Positions 34,479-46,493 of a stretch of 46,493 bases of DNA are shown here, piece by piece. Position numbers and translations under genes: made by a program. How positions within the stretch are numbered: position 1 is the first letter of the stretch; each line of letters begins with the position of its first letter. The stretch covers positions 176,895,455-176,941,947 of the forward strand of contig NC_068981.1 in NCBI RefSeq assembly GCF_001194135.2. Direction: 5' to 3'. This DNA comes from Octopus bimaculoides. Taxonomy: Eukaryota. The notes below the pieces were generated by a model. It was not told where the DNA came from. It saw only the letters and a list, made by a program, of their open reading frames with translations, and made no database searches.

Positions 34479-34647
34479 AGTATGTTTAATCTAAATTCGA
34501 ACCTCTGTTGCAACACTGTCACACAAGGAAAGGATACCCTGATGTTTGCCAGACAGCGTTTCTGTTATTCATTTTTCTCTCACCAGACAGGTTACTGTGG
34601 TTTAGCTCTGATATTTAACCTGTGTTATAGTTTTGAAAAGATGAGAA

Positions 34648-34720
34648 GACAGACAGACAGGCAGACAGGCAGACAGGCAGACAGACAGGCAGGCAGGCAG
34701 GCAGGCAGACAGACAGATAG
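34648..34720. repeat. (CAGA)n/(CAGG)n tetranucleotide repeat
   Basis: Direct inspection. Confidence 0.9.
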
Positions 34721-35883
34721 CAAGAGAAGGAGAGAGAGTAAAGTAAAAGAGAAGGTAGAAAAGACAGTGATGAGAATATAAAGAAAAGGAAAAAGAAAGA
34801 GAAAGAAATGAAAAAGAATCTAGCTAAATGGCATTATTGGTTGTTGTGACACAATGTAGTGGGAGAAATGGAAGAGAGAGTGGAAGGAAGAGGGATGAAT
34901 GAAAGGAAAGGGATAAGATGTATAAGCTTAAAGCTTCTTAGGCACCTTCTCATATTCCCTACTTCATACTCATCAACAGCTTCACATCACTAAGTCTCGG
35001 TGACATCTTTGTCTCTGAAAATGCTAGCTATTGTTATTGAAAGAACTAAACAGCCCAAATTTTATGTCTATGTTTAAAAAAAAAGCAATCACTGAAAAGG
35101 ACAGGCTAGTGTATCCATGCAAGTTAATGACTTACATACGTTCCTCATGCTTCACTCAATTTTCTTTGTATTTTCTACCAGCAATCACCAATAGTAATTA
35201 ACAAGACAGCCACATTTTAATAAGCGATCAGCATGTTAATTATTATAATTGTTATGAAGATAATAGCAAGTATTCATTTAAGTATACATTCCAACAAAAC
35301 AATACAGCAAATCATATAAAACTCATTAACAAGAGAGTTACTTCATTTATCAAAAGTCTTACAGAATGCTGGAAATACTGTTAATATTGTTAAATAACAA
35401 ACAGACAGACAGATAAAATAGGAAGACCTAATATTGATTTCTTACATAAGCGCATGCAGTATGTTTTCTAAGGGAGGGAGATTTATCTGCTGAATCTATC
35501 TCAGAATCATGTCTGGTATTTATTTATCAATCTCATAGAGATAAAAGACAAACTCAAACCCCAGACAAGGCTTCACTAAAGTACATGAATTGTTGATACC
35601 TAATACTGTAAAGTATATTCTACCTTTGGAAAAAAGGAAGCTAATATTCCAAACTTTGAGGAGAAAAAAATATTAATTTACTTTTTTTTTTTTTAGATGC
35701 ATAGAAGGAATTTTAAGTGATCTGTCTTTTGTCTTTTACTTATTTCAGTCATTTTGACTGTGGCCATGCTGGGGCACCATGTTGAAGGATTTTTTAACTG
35801 AACAAATCAAACCCCAGGACTTATTTTTTAAAGACTAGTACTTATTTTATCAGTCTGTTTTGCTGAACTGCTAAGTTATGGTG

Positions 35884-35917
<34 letters not shown>

Positions 35918-38013
35918 CTATATACATACAAGGGGCTTCTTTCAGTTTCAGTCTACTACCAAATCCACTGACAAGGCATTGGTCAGCCCAAGGCTATAGT
36001 AGAAGACACTTGCCCAAGGTGCCATGCAGTGGAACTGAACCTGGAACCATGTGGTTGGGAAGCAAGCTTCTTACCACACAGCCACTCCTACACCTTGTAA
36101 CAAATGGAAAATTGTGATGTTATGCTTATTCCAAATGCTGACGGGAGTATTCTGCCGGTTATGATGGCAAGTGTTCTAGTTGATTCAATCAACTAAACAG
36201 CCTGCTCATGAAATTTACATGTAAGTGGCTGAGCATTCCACAGACACTCATACCCTTAATGTAATTCTCAGGGAGATTCAGTATGACACAATGTGACAAG
36301 GCTATTTCATTGAACTACAGGTTCAACTCATTTTTTGCCAGTTGATTAGACTGGAGCAACATGAAATAAAGTGTCTTGCTCAAGAACACAATACACCACC
36401 AGGAATTAAATTCATAACCTTACAATCATGAGCCAAATACATTAACCACTAAGCCACGCACCTTCGTTGAGACTCATGTGGTTAAGAAGTTGATGCCACA
36501 GTCCTTTGGTTGTAGATTCAATCTATTTGAAGGCACTAATATCTCCTACCTTAGCCTCTTAACAGTGGCATAAGGTGGTTTTGTTGTATTGGGTGTGCTG
36601 CCAGACTCAATGCCACCAAATTTCAAGCAGGGGTATAGCAAAAGTTTTGCATCAAGATTTGTGATTAAATTAATGAGTAAGGTTAATATTTATAAAGAAT
36701 TTGCCATTTTTGATGGGTGTGCAGTGCACACATAGCACACCCGGAATGTATACCCCTGCCTCTTAGCCTCCTCAGGTCAACCTAATCCTTGTCAGGGAAT
36801 TTGGGTAGAGGAAAATTGTGAAGATGTTCATCAGATGGACTTGACTTGCTCTTGGGTAGAAGATCTAATCTACCACTTGGAACTTAGGTGTCTTATGTGG
36901 AGTTCATTTTGTTACACTCAATGGTGGACCATGCTTCTGGTCTGAGGGATACCCTATGAGTTTTGATTTGTTTTGTTTTTGATCCCTTTCCTCCACTATC
37001 CAAAAAGGTCCTAAAAATAGCCAGCTAGTGCCCTCAAACAATGTAACACATCAACCAAGCTTTAGATTCTCTCTCCATCATCCTCTTTTATTGTGTCTGT
37101 AATTTAAATGTAATATTTGGTGTACTGTTTAGAGTGAGAAAGAGGTAGAATGGAAAGAGAGAAACTGAGAGAAACGCAACAGGTAGGATTGTATGGAGAC
37201 ACTTTACAGAACCATAACACCTCTTAAATTTGATCAGTGTTTGTTTCATTAATATTTCAAAGTATTTCAGTATCCATTTAGAATCACTATTGAATTTCAG
37301 GTTTGCTGCAGTCACTCCATCTATCTTAGAAGAAAGTAAACTATTTATAATTTCTTGACTTTTCCTCTCTCACATCTGTATTTATGCCTCGATTACCTCT
37401 AAAACTGGAAATGTGTAATTCTTTGTTCATTGGCATCAGTTGGTCAAACATCAATAAATTTCTGTGTTCATAATGTGCTGCAAGCTGTCTAATATTCAAT
37501 ATATTAAGTTGTAAGAGTGTCAAGTGTTGCCATACAAAACTTGACTCGTAGAATATTGATCACAGGACGGCATTTAAAATGTTATTGCCAATGCATAAAT
37601 GACTTCATGGTTGTATCCATATTTCTATTTCTAATCTCCTTCATATTAAAGACTTATCAACTTATGCTTGACAAAATTTCATTTTTCAAACCAGCAGACA
37701 TTGTAACAATGCAGCTTTCTTCTCTTATACCCTAAAGGTAAATGCCCTTTCACTGAATATCCTGCTACCTATATTGACCGTCTTCCCTCCCAGTTTTTGT
37801 TTTAATCAGGAGAAAGGAATGGTGGTCATGGATTTTGAAAACCCTCCAAGACTGGTGAGATCAAGACAATTAACTACCTCTTCAACAGTTTAAAGATGAT
37901 GATTGCAAGAAAAACATGTGTGGAGAAGGAATTTCTATAACGTTCTGGGAAAAAGAATGAATAAATGGTTAGTGCCAGAGGTGGACATAGAGAGGATGAG
38001 AGATGTCACATCA

Positions 38014-38539
<526 letters not shown>

Positions 38540-40009
38540 CTTATTTTATTGACCTTGAAAGAATGAAAAGGAAAGTCGATCCAAGCAAAGCATTTAGTCA
38601 GGCATGCTAATGATTCAGCCAGCTCGCCGCCCTAGCCAGTTGCAATATTGATTATAGGTATCTATACCAATGTATGTAGCTCCATATTTTTTCTGCATTT
38701 TTCTTAATAATTAATATCAGCTGTTAATAATCACAGCATCATTAAGCCCAAATTATTTTTTAATTTTCATTTCAATCAAATGAAAAAAAAAACCTCTTTA
38801 TTAAGCAAAAAAAAATTAGTTTTCATTTAGCACTAAGCTCAAATTAGTTTTCAGTTTTCATCTGCAGGAGAATTCAGATGAACATATAAAGGATCATCGA
38901 TTAGCTTATTCGTATTTAGCTTGGACAACAACATTTCATGTGGTTTTATAATACATAAGCTGTAGCTAAACTCATGCACATAAACAAAATTGTGCATATA
39001 AATATACAGTTTAATGAACACAACAATAGAATTCAGTTTTCTTGAGGTGGAAGGCTGAATCTAAACAGTTACAAGATAATCCTTTGCATAATGCTGTCTC
39101 TATAATTCAACTTTGCTTGGTTCTGTTGCTTTAGATTTAACCCTTTGACGTCAAATTACTTTGGTTGGAATAAGTAACATTTCATTTGATGTTTTTTCTA
39201 CAAATTATTTTTATCTCGCAGTCTTCTGGTTACATACGCATGACTCCATGTGCTTAATGTCGTCGAGAGCTTAAACTGTTACTTCTCCATTGGTCTATTG
39301 AATTTTCATCCTTTAAGTCAAGATCGGCGATTTTCTCTCATGGAATAAAATCATTTCTGACACTTTTCATTGTTGTACCTGTTTTTACCACTAAAGATTA
39401 ACTGCAAAACTCCTTTGATTTCAATGCAAAGAAAGCTGTTTGAATCCTATTAGCAGGCGAGATTGAATTTTCTCATTTTCCAGGCTTCTGTGTATAAAGC
39501 ATAGCATAAATACTGTTCTTTTTATGTTAATGACACAAGTCTTTCATACCTAACAAACAGATAATACAGCACTCCACTTAGATCTACAAAATTTGAAGAT
39601 ATAGGCAGACTTAAATGGAGTATTTAACTACATAACAGAGCTTATTCATCTTGAAATACAGATTTACTGTGCCTAAATAATAATTCAATTTCCCAAATGA
39701 ATGTCTATCCCAGTTTTGATCACTGACCTAATATGTAAGACAGCCAACTCCAAAGTCAAGTTGCCACACCAAAGCAGCTTGTTAGAAATCTTTCAAAAGT
39801 AGATTTCCAAATGAAAACTGTTCAATTTCAAACTAGAAAGCTAAGGGTCCACCAATTTTAAATGAAAATGGCCATTCTCCACTTAATTTCCAGAAGTGCT
39901 ACATACTGCCATTGAACTTTGTGCCTCCATAACCTTTGGAAAAATTCAATTTAATTTCTGTTGTCTATATCATGAATCTATAAATTTTGAATGTAGCATT
40001 ATATTCTTT

Positions 40010-40585
40010 TATTCTTTTACTTGTTTGTCATTTGACTGAGGCCATGCTGGAACACTGCCTTGAAGGGTTTTAGTCGAAGAAATCAACCCCAGAACTTCTA
40101 TCAGTCCCTTTTGCTGAAACACTAGGTTACGGGGATGTAAACACACCAGCATTGGTTGTCAAGTGATGGTGGGGTGGGACACATACACACACACACACAA
40201 TGGGCTTCTTTCAGTTTCTGTCTACCAAATCTACTCACAAAGCTTTGGACAACCCAAAGCTATAGTAGAGGACACTTGCCCAAGGTGCCACACAGTGAGA
40301 CTGATCCCGGAACCATGCGGTTGGCAAGCAAGCTTCTTATTTCTTTATTGCCCACAAGGGGCTAAACATAGAATGGACAAACAAGGACAAATAAAGGGAT
40401 TAAGTCGATTACATTGACCCCAGTGCATAACTGGTACTTATTTAATCAACCCCGAAAGGATGAAAGGCAAATTCGACCTCGGCGGAATTTGAACTCAGAA
40501 CGTCACAGCAGATGAAATACTGCTAAGCATTTCACTTGGCATGCTAACGTTTCTGCCAACTTCTTACCACACAACCACACCTGCA
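40010..40585 (-). mobile_element. Main-family SINE with nested second-family SINE (40340-40559)
   Basis: Insert flanked by cttctta (40333-40339, 40560-40566); host sequence resumes ...ccacacaaccacacctgcacct. Confidence 0.85.
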
Positions 40586-40858
40586 CCTCTCTACTTATTT
40601 TATAATTCAAAACTATGTTTCCTCATCACTGAAAGCTTTATTATTCTTCATTGTTTTTCACCACACAATATTTATATTTCAGATTTAAGCTGAAATTGTT
40701 GAAACCCAACTGCTTATCTTCTGACCATTTGAAATACACATACTCATCTAGTTTGTCTTTTACTTTTTTCAGTTTTTGGGCTGCAGCCATGCAGGGGCAC
40801 CACCTTGAAGAGTTAAGTCAAACAAATCAACCTTAGTATATATGGTCTCTTTTGACAT

Positions 40859-41430
40859 AGGCGCAGGAGTGGCTGTGTGGTAAGTAACTTGCTTACCAAC
40901 CACATGGTTCCAGGTTCAGTCCCACTGCGTGGCACCTTGGGCAAGTGTCTTCTACTATAGCATCGGGCCGACCAAAGCCTTGTGAGTGGATTTGGAAGAC
41001 GGAAACTGAAAGAGCCCATCGTATATATGTATATATTTATATATATATATATATGTGTGTGTATGTGTGCGTATATGTTTGTATGTCTGTGTCTGTCCCC
41101 CCCCCCCCNNNNNNNNNNNNNNNNNNNNNNNNNNNNNNNNNNNNNNNNNNNNNNNNNNNNNNNNNNNNNNNNNNNNNNNNNNNNNNNNNNNNNNNNNNNN
41201 NNNNNNNNNNNNNNNNNNNNNNNNNNNNNNNNNNNNNNNNNNCCAACATCGCTTGACAACTGATGCTGGTGTGTTTACGTCCCCGTAACTTAGCGGTTCG
41301 GCAAAAGGGACCAATAGAATAAGTACTAGGCTTACAAAGAATAAGTCCTGGGGTCAATTTGCTCGACTAAAGGCGGTGCTCCAGCATGGCCACAGTCAAT
41401 GACTGAAACAAGTAAAAGAGTAAATGAGTA
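40859..41430 (+). mobile_element. Full-length main-family SINE spanning an N gap
   Basis: Near-identical to 22607-23000 on both sides of gap 41109-41242. Confidence 0.88.
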
Positions 41431-41796
41431 AACCACTATGCTATAGGTATGTAAACAAACAAACAATGATTGACAAGCGGTCATGGGAGACAAACACACA
41501 CACATACATTAGGCTTCTTTCAGCTTCCATCTACCAAAGCCACTCACAAGGCTTTGGTCAGTCCAGGGCTATATAGTAGAAGACATTCCCCCAAAGTGCT
41601 GTGCAGTGAGACTGAACCCACGAGCATATGGTTTGCAAGCAAGTTTCTTACTACAAAACCATGCCTATGCAATTTCCATTTTTTTTTTTTTTTTCTTTTA
41701 GTCAAAGTAAATATCTAAAAAGGATCACATGCTGAAGGAAATTCAGAATCAAAAAAGCTTTCTTTGACAAAATTAGTTAATTGTACCAAAGGATAC

Positions 41797-42153
41797 AACA
41801 TTTTTGGGTAGTAGACTTAATAAGTTGTCCAGTTTAACATGACCACCTGACCCCACCAGGGAGTATTTAGCAGAGGCTAGTCTGTTGTAATCATTCAGGC
41901 CAGGTCTCCAGACAAACATTACCTATGATCTTTGTAGGTTGCTCTGACTGGTGAGGTTGGCACAGTTGACATGCAGCTTGAAAATCTGGAGGTTGATACT
42001 TATATGGAAAACATTTCTCTTCCTCCTCATAAGTCTCAGAAGCACTACAAAAGATCACATGACCAGTCCTTCCTCCTCTCAGCCATAAACAATCATTGTA
42101 AACTTTGATACCATTGTGAGGTCTTGTATTTGTATACAATGGTGTAATTTTTG
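41797..42153 (-). mobile_element. Decayed RTE-clade LINE ORF2, region C-terminal to RT
   Basis: One minus frame reads MIVYG*E...NVFHISINLQIFKLH...SNLQRS...GSGGHVKLDNLLSLLPK, paralleling RTE LLYGCE...FHxRCLRxIL...EVLQRA...WSGHVxRMxxxRLPK. Confidence 0.55.
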
Positions 42154-42645
42154 AATTTTTTTTAGAGTTGGCCAACTTAGGACTATAGTGGAAGATTCTT
42201 GCCCAAGGTGCCATGCAGTGAAATTGAACACAAGATCATATGGTTCGGAAGCAACCACAGCAACACCTGCACCTGACATTAAATAACTCAAGTTCACCAG
42301 GAGTCAAACCTGAAATCTCCTGATCTGTAGTCCAACCCCATATCCATTAATGAATAATTTGAAAAAAAATAGAATGAAAGTTATGATTTTTTTTTTTCAT
42401 ATATCTCCAAATAATCTATTTAGCATTTAGCTTCATACAGAAACCTTAGACTTTCATTTATTCTGCTTTTCAAAATTGGATAAAATTAATAATTTTTTAG
42501 AAGCAGCCAGTGGCAGCTTGTCATAGACTAATTCAGCCAAAGCTTTGACAATATCTGGAAATAGATTATGGAAGAAATATATTACACAAAGCCATTCAAT
42601 AAAAGTTGGTTAGTTGAGAACTAACACCATGAATCAACAGTTACA

Positions 42646-43006
42646 CAGACATACCTCAACTTACAACATTTCAAGTTATGTCTTTTTCAACTTTAAGCTG
42701 TTTTTTTGTTTTTTGTTTTTTAAGAAAGTAATGGGAAAAATTACCTCAACTTCGGTTGATTTATCCAACTTTACATCAGTCTGAGTGAATATATTTAAAT
42801 GCATAAAAAAATTTTCCTAAAAAACACCTAAAAACCAATATTGAAGTGGAAAATCAATTGAGATACATGTGAAAATATATACAAACCATTTATTAGAACA
42901 AATATAAACTAATATATTTTTTAAAATGTTTTTCCGTGTTATGTCATTTTTCAAGTTATGTCACTTATTTTGGAACCCAATTCCAATAAAAGTTGAGGTA
43001 TGCTTG
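42646..43006. mobile_element. pogo/Tigger-like MITE, 361 bp
   Basis: TIRs cagacatacctcaactt / aagttgaggtatgcttg; TA on the right (43007-43008), CA on the left; internal repeated ttcaagttatgtc. Confidence 0.7.
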
Positions 43007-43524
43007 TATTAGAATTCTTGAGACAAAAAAAATATCTCATTTTTTTATTGTCCATTTAAATAACAAAATAAAATGTTCATATATATGGAGAAATTTTACT
43101 AAAAACAAATCTAGATAAGTAACACAGTATGGGAAAAAGTTAAGTTTTATTCAATTAATTATTTAGTTTGATTCTTGGTTGTAGCCTCCTTTTTTACACT
43201 TTTACCTCAAATGTTCCTAAGAAAGGCATGAATTTAAAAAAAAGCCTCATTCCCCTGCCATTGTAAAAGGAAGGCCATGAAATCAATGCGAAATTATATA
43301 ATCAAGCTGAGAGGGAGCAAGGAGAAGAGTATGTTATATATGTGCGTGTTGTTTAACTCTATGAATCTAACAGCCAATCAGATTTGTAACTGGATTTTGA
43401 ACATTTTGTTGGTATTTAGCAATATGCATCCATCCATCCATACATACATACATACATATTGCCTGAAGATCTGAAAGGTGAAACTCAAGTAATGATTGCG
43501 GATTTTCAGTTTCAATTAACTAAT

Positions 43525-43563
<39 letters not shown>

Positions 43564-44039
43564 GAGACAGACAGACAGGTATCATTGCACAAATATGGAG
43601 TTCAATTTTTACTGATAGTGGCAAAATAAAATGTCAAATTTTATGCCTTGTCTGAGAAATGTTGTCTTTTCTAAGTAGTGACACATTCACTAGCATATAA
43701 CAAGGCAGCCTTGACATTAACAGCTTCTTATATAAGCATAAAACTTCAGAGATAAATGGAATATTGTAACATTTACACTCTTGTCAGTAATGTTTATGCA
43801 AATGAGAGGCTGAGCCACATTAAGGTTTCTGATCATTGAAAACTTAATGAGTCCCTATGTTCCAAGACCTTGGCTTTAAAAGGAAAAGAAAATGCTATTG
43901 AAATGCTCACATACAGGGTGTTTAGGCTAAGTTTGGCAATTTTTATATCTTCTTTTTTGGGGAACAGTTTGATGCATTGGTAAACAGTCAACAGTATTGG
44001 AGAGCATAAAGATTAAAGTTGTAGTTAAGATAAAGACAG

Positions 44040-44560
44040 CTAACATGGAGGACTGGAAGCCATATGACTTGTGCCAAGGATAAAAATGCCAACATCATGA
44101 CTGCTACTCAGTCCTCTCTGAACACCATAAAATCTGTAAGATGTAACAGCTGCACTATCTTCGTGGTGACAGAACTTCCTGATCATCTGTCCTAGACCAT
44201 ATGCCTCTAAACTGCATACCAAACAGCTTTTACAATGGACCAGAAGCCAAATTCTAGAATGTTTGAGTAAACCCTGTCCAAGCCCTCACCTTATGCTGAT
44301 TGATTGGTTAATAAACTGATCGTGTAGAACTATGGTGGTTTGCCCATGATGTCTGATCACGTATCCAGGGATTCAGTTTCAAATCACCACTACAAAAATA
44401 TATGTGGTATACAATGTATGTGGACATATGAATGATGCAGTCCTCCCGAGACAGAACCTCCAACTAAGACCACTCAAGGAACCCTACAGATCCAGGATTA
44501 CTCTGATTACCAGAAGCATGGGCCCTCACCCAACTGCTGGTCTCCACTGTACAGGTGCAT
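44040..44560 (+). mobile_element. Heavily decayed RTE-like LINE ORF2 3' part
   Basis: CGHMNDAVLPRQNLQLRPLKEPYRSR resembles RTE GHVxRMxDxRLPRQILYxELKxGxRSR; upstream frames are broken. Confidence 0.4.
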
Positions 44561-46183
44561 GCTCAGAGCAGATCTATTCACCCTAATTATTTCTTTCACT
44601 GTCATCCATCAAATTCTCTGATAATGATAAAAAAAAATTTTCACAAAGGCACGAGACTAGAAATTTGATGGGTGTGTTTAGACAATTAAATCAATCCCAG
44701 CACTTGAGCAGCACTTTATTTTCATCAACCCTGGATCAAAGAAAGGAAAAGTTAACTTCACTCGGATTTGAAATCAGAATCTAAAGAGTTGCCTCTTGGA
44801 AAATGTTGCCCTTGCCTGATTTTAGGATGTAACTGCTGGAGGGATAGAAGGCTGCATCAACACTGAGCTGGCATTTATTTCAGTTAAATAGACTATAGCA
44901 AACATGAAATGCCTTGCTCAAGGACATGACACACAGCCTGGTCCATGAATCAAACTTAAGATGTGACCTCCAGTACTTTAACCACTGTGCCACATACCGT
45001 CACATTTAATGAAGAGAGCATTAAAAAGCTATGGAAAAGTTATCTGTTGAGATTAGTTATTGAATAACATTAGCCTCCAGTAATCGCCAGAAAAATTCCA
45101 AATAATGTTAATCATAAATGATACTGGGGTTTTTTTTGTGTTTTTTTTTTGTTTTGTTTTTTGTTTTTGTTTTTCATTTTTCACCTCATCATGCTTCCTG
45201 TATTATATTTGCTATCACTACACTAAAGTCTGTATAAATCTTCTACATTGTACCTGCCTCAGTGATAAATATGTATAAATTTGTAAAAGCAATGTATTAA
45301 TAATAATAAACTAACAAACAAAAATAAATGAATAAATAAATAAAAATAAAAAAACATTGAATAAATAAATAAATAAGAGATGAAAGATAAATGATAGGAA
45401 AGAAAATATTTCATTCTCCAAACATAAAATGCAGCTGAATTCATGTGATATTTTTTATCACTTGAATAAAATCATTGAAAGGTTCTTTCCGTTTTAGTAT
45501 TCCTTTTGTTTCTTATTTGTTCTGGTGAGTCTCTCAAATACTAGAAAATAATTTATATTTCCCTTTTAATACAATGTATGATAACAACAACAACAACAAC
45601 AAAGAAGTAAGGTGAAATGTAAATAGATGTTTGTAGAGTTGATTTTTGCATTGTAGTTTCATTCACAATTCAGAAAAGTTGCACTGATACGTTTTATTTG
45701 TGAAGTTAAGATTTAGTTCTGTTTGATCTGCTTAATCCACTGACCTGGCAGTCACAAGTCATTAAGACATAGAATGGCTTGCTTTTATGTTCAATAGTTG
45801 CCATGGAGATATCAGTATTTAGTTGTACGTTTTAAAATTTAGTTTCTTCTTGTTGTTAATACTTGTTGTTATGGTTTTATTTTATTTTATTTTATTTTAT
45901 TTTATTTTTAATTAATATATAAAAGTAATCTAAATTAAGATCTAAAATTTTGAGTGTCTTTGTACGTGTTGTACAAACAGGCCTGTAATCAAAGGCTTTT
46001 CAAACATGGTCAGACCATCTTTTCAAGAACATTTAGTACTACATTAATGTGTTCCTTCCTTATTTCAGATAGCATATGACTCGGGGGGAGACATGGCTGC
46101 TACTTCTAGCATGCCTAGCAACCATGTAGACACCTTTGTATAATGTGATATGCATGTGTGTGCGTGTATATGTTTGTATATAT

Positions 46184-46231
<48 letters not shown>

Positions 46232-46493
46232 ATACACACATTACATACATGTACATAAACACAGACACACACGCACATATATACATGTAAATATATACCT
46301 GTACATATATATATGTACAGCAAAAGAGAACGATAAAATAAGTACTAGGCTTACAAAAAATAAGCTCTGAGGTTGATTTGCTCGACTATAAAAAAAAAGG
46401 CAGTGCTCCAGCATGGCTGCAGTCAAATGACTGAAACAAGTAAAAGAGAGTATGTAAATATATACATGTACAAATATTTATATATATATATAT

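Noticed and set aside
39135-39400. Possible piggyBac-like MITE (ttaaccctttgacg ... ctaaagattaa)
   Set aside because: Only the TTAA and a few bases match between ends; TIR too weak to support.

Overview
46.5 kb of very AT-rich, microsatellite-rich eukaryotic genomic DNA with six N gaps. The SINE, RTE and simple-repeat content points to an octopus (coleoid cephalopod) draft assembly; this is inferred, not shown. There is no intact protein-coding gene, rRNA, tRNA gene or CRISPR array, and nearly all ORFs in the supplied track are microsatellite, SINE or N-gap artefacts. The main hidden feature is a decayed, intron-containing protein gene on the + strand. About 13 pseudo-exons lie between 614 and ~11.3 kb, with two probable distal ones at 27.8 and 29.5 kb. 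Several keep canonical splice sites, but they carry many in-frame stops, frameshifts and a SINE insertion. The conceptual protein matches, in collinear order, my recollection of vertebrate KIAA0825 (DUF4495); I could not run a search to confirm this. The rest is a mobile-element landscape: ~25 tRNA-derived SINE copies (one with a perfect 25-bp TSD, some nested), head-to-tail SINE stacks in (TAA)n, two tandem R4/Dong-type 3' ends in a TAA tract, RTE and L1/Tx1-like LINE remnants, and mariner, hAT and pogo/Tigger-like miniature elements. There is also a ~125-bp non-SINE inverted duplication.
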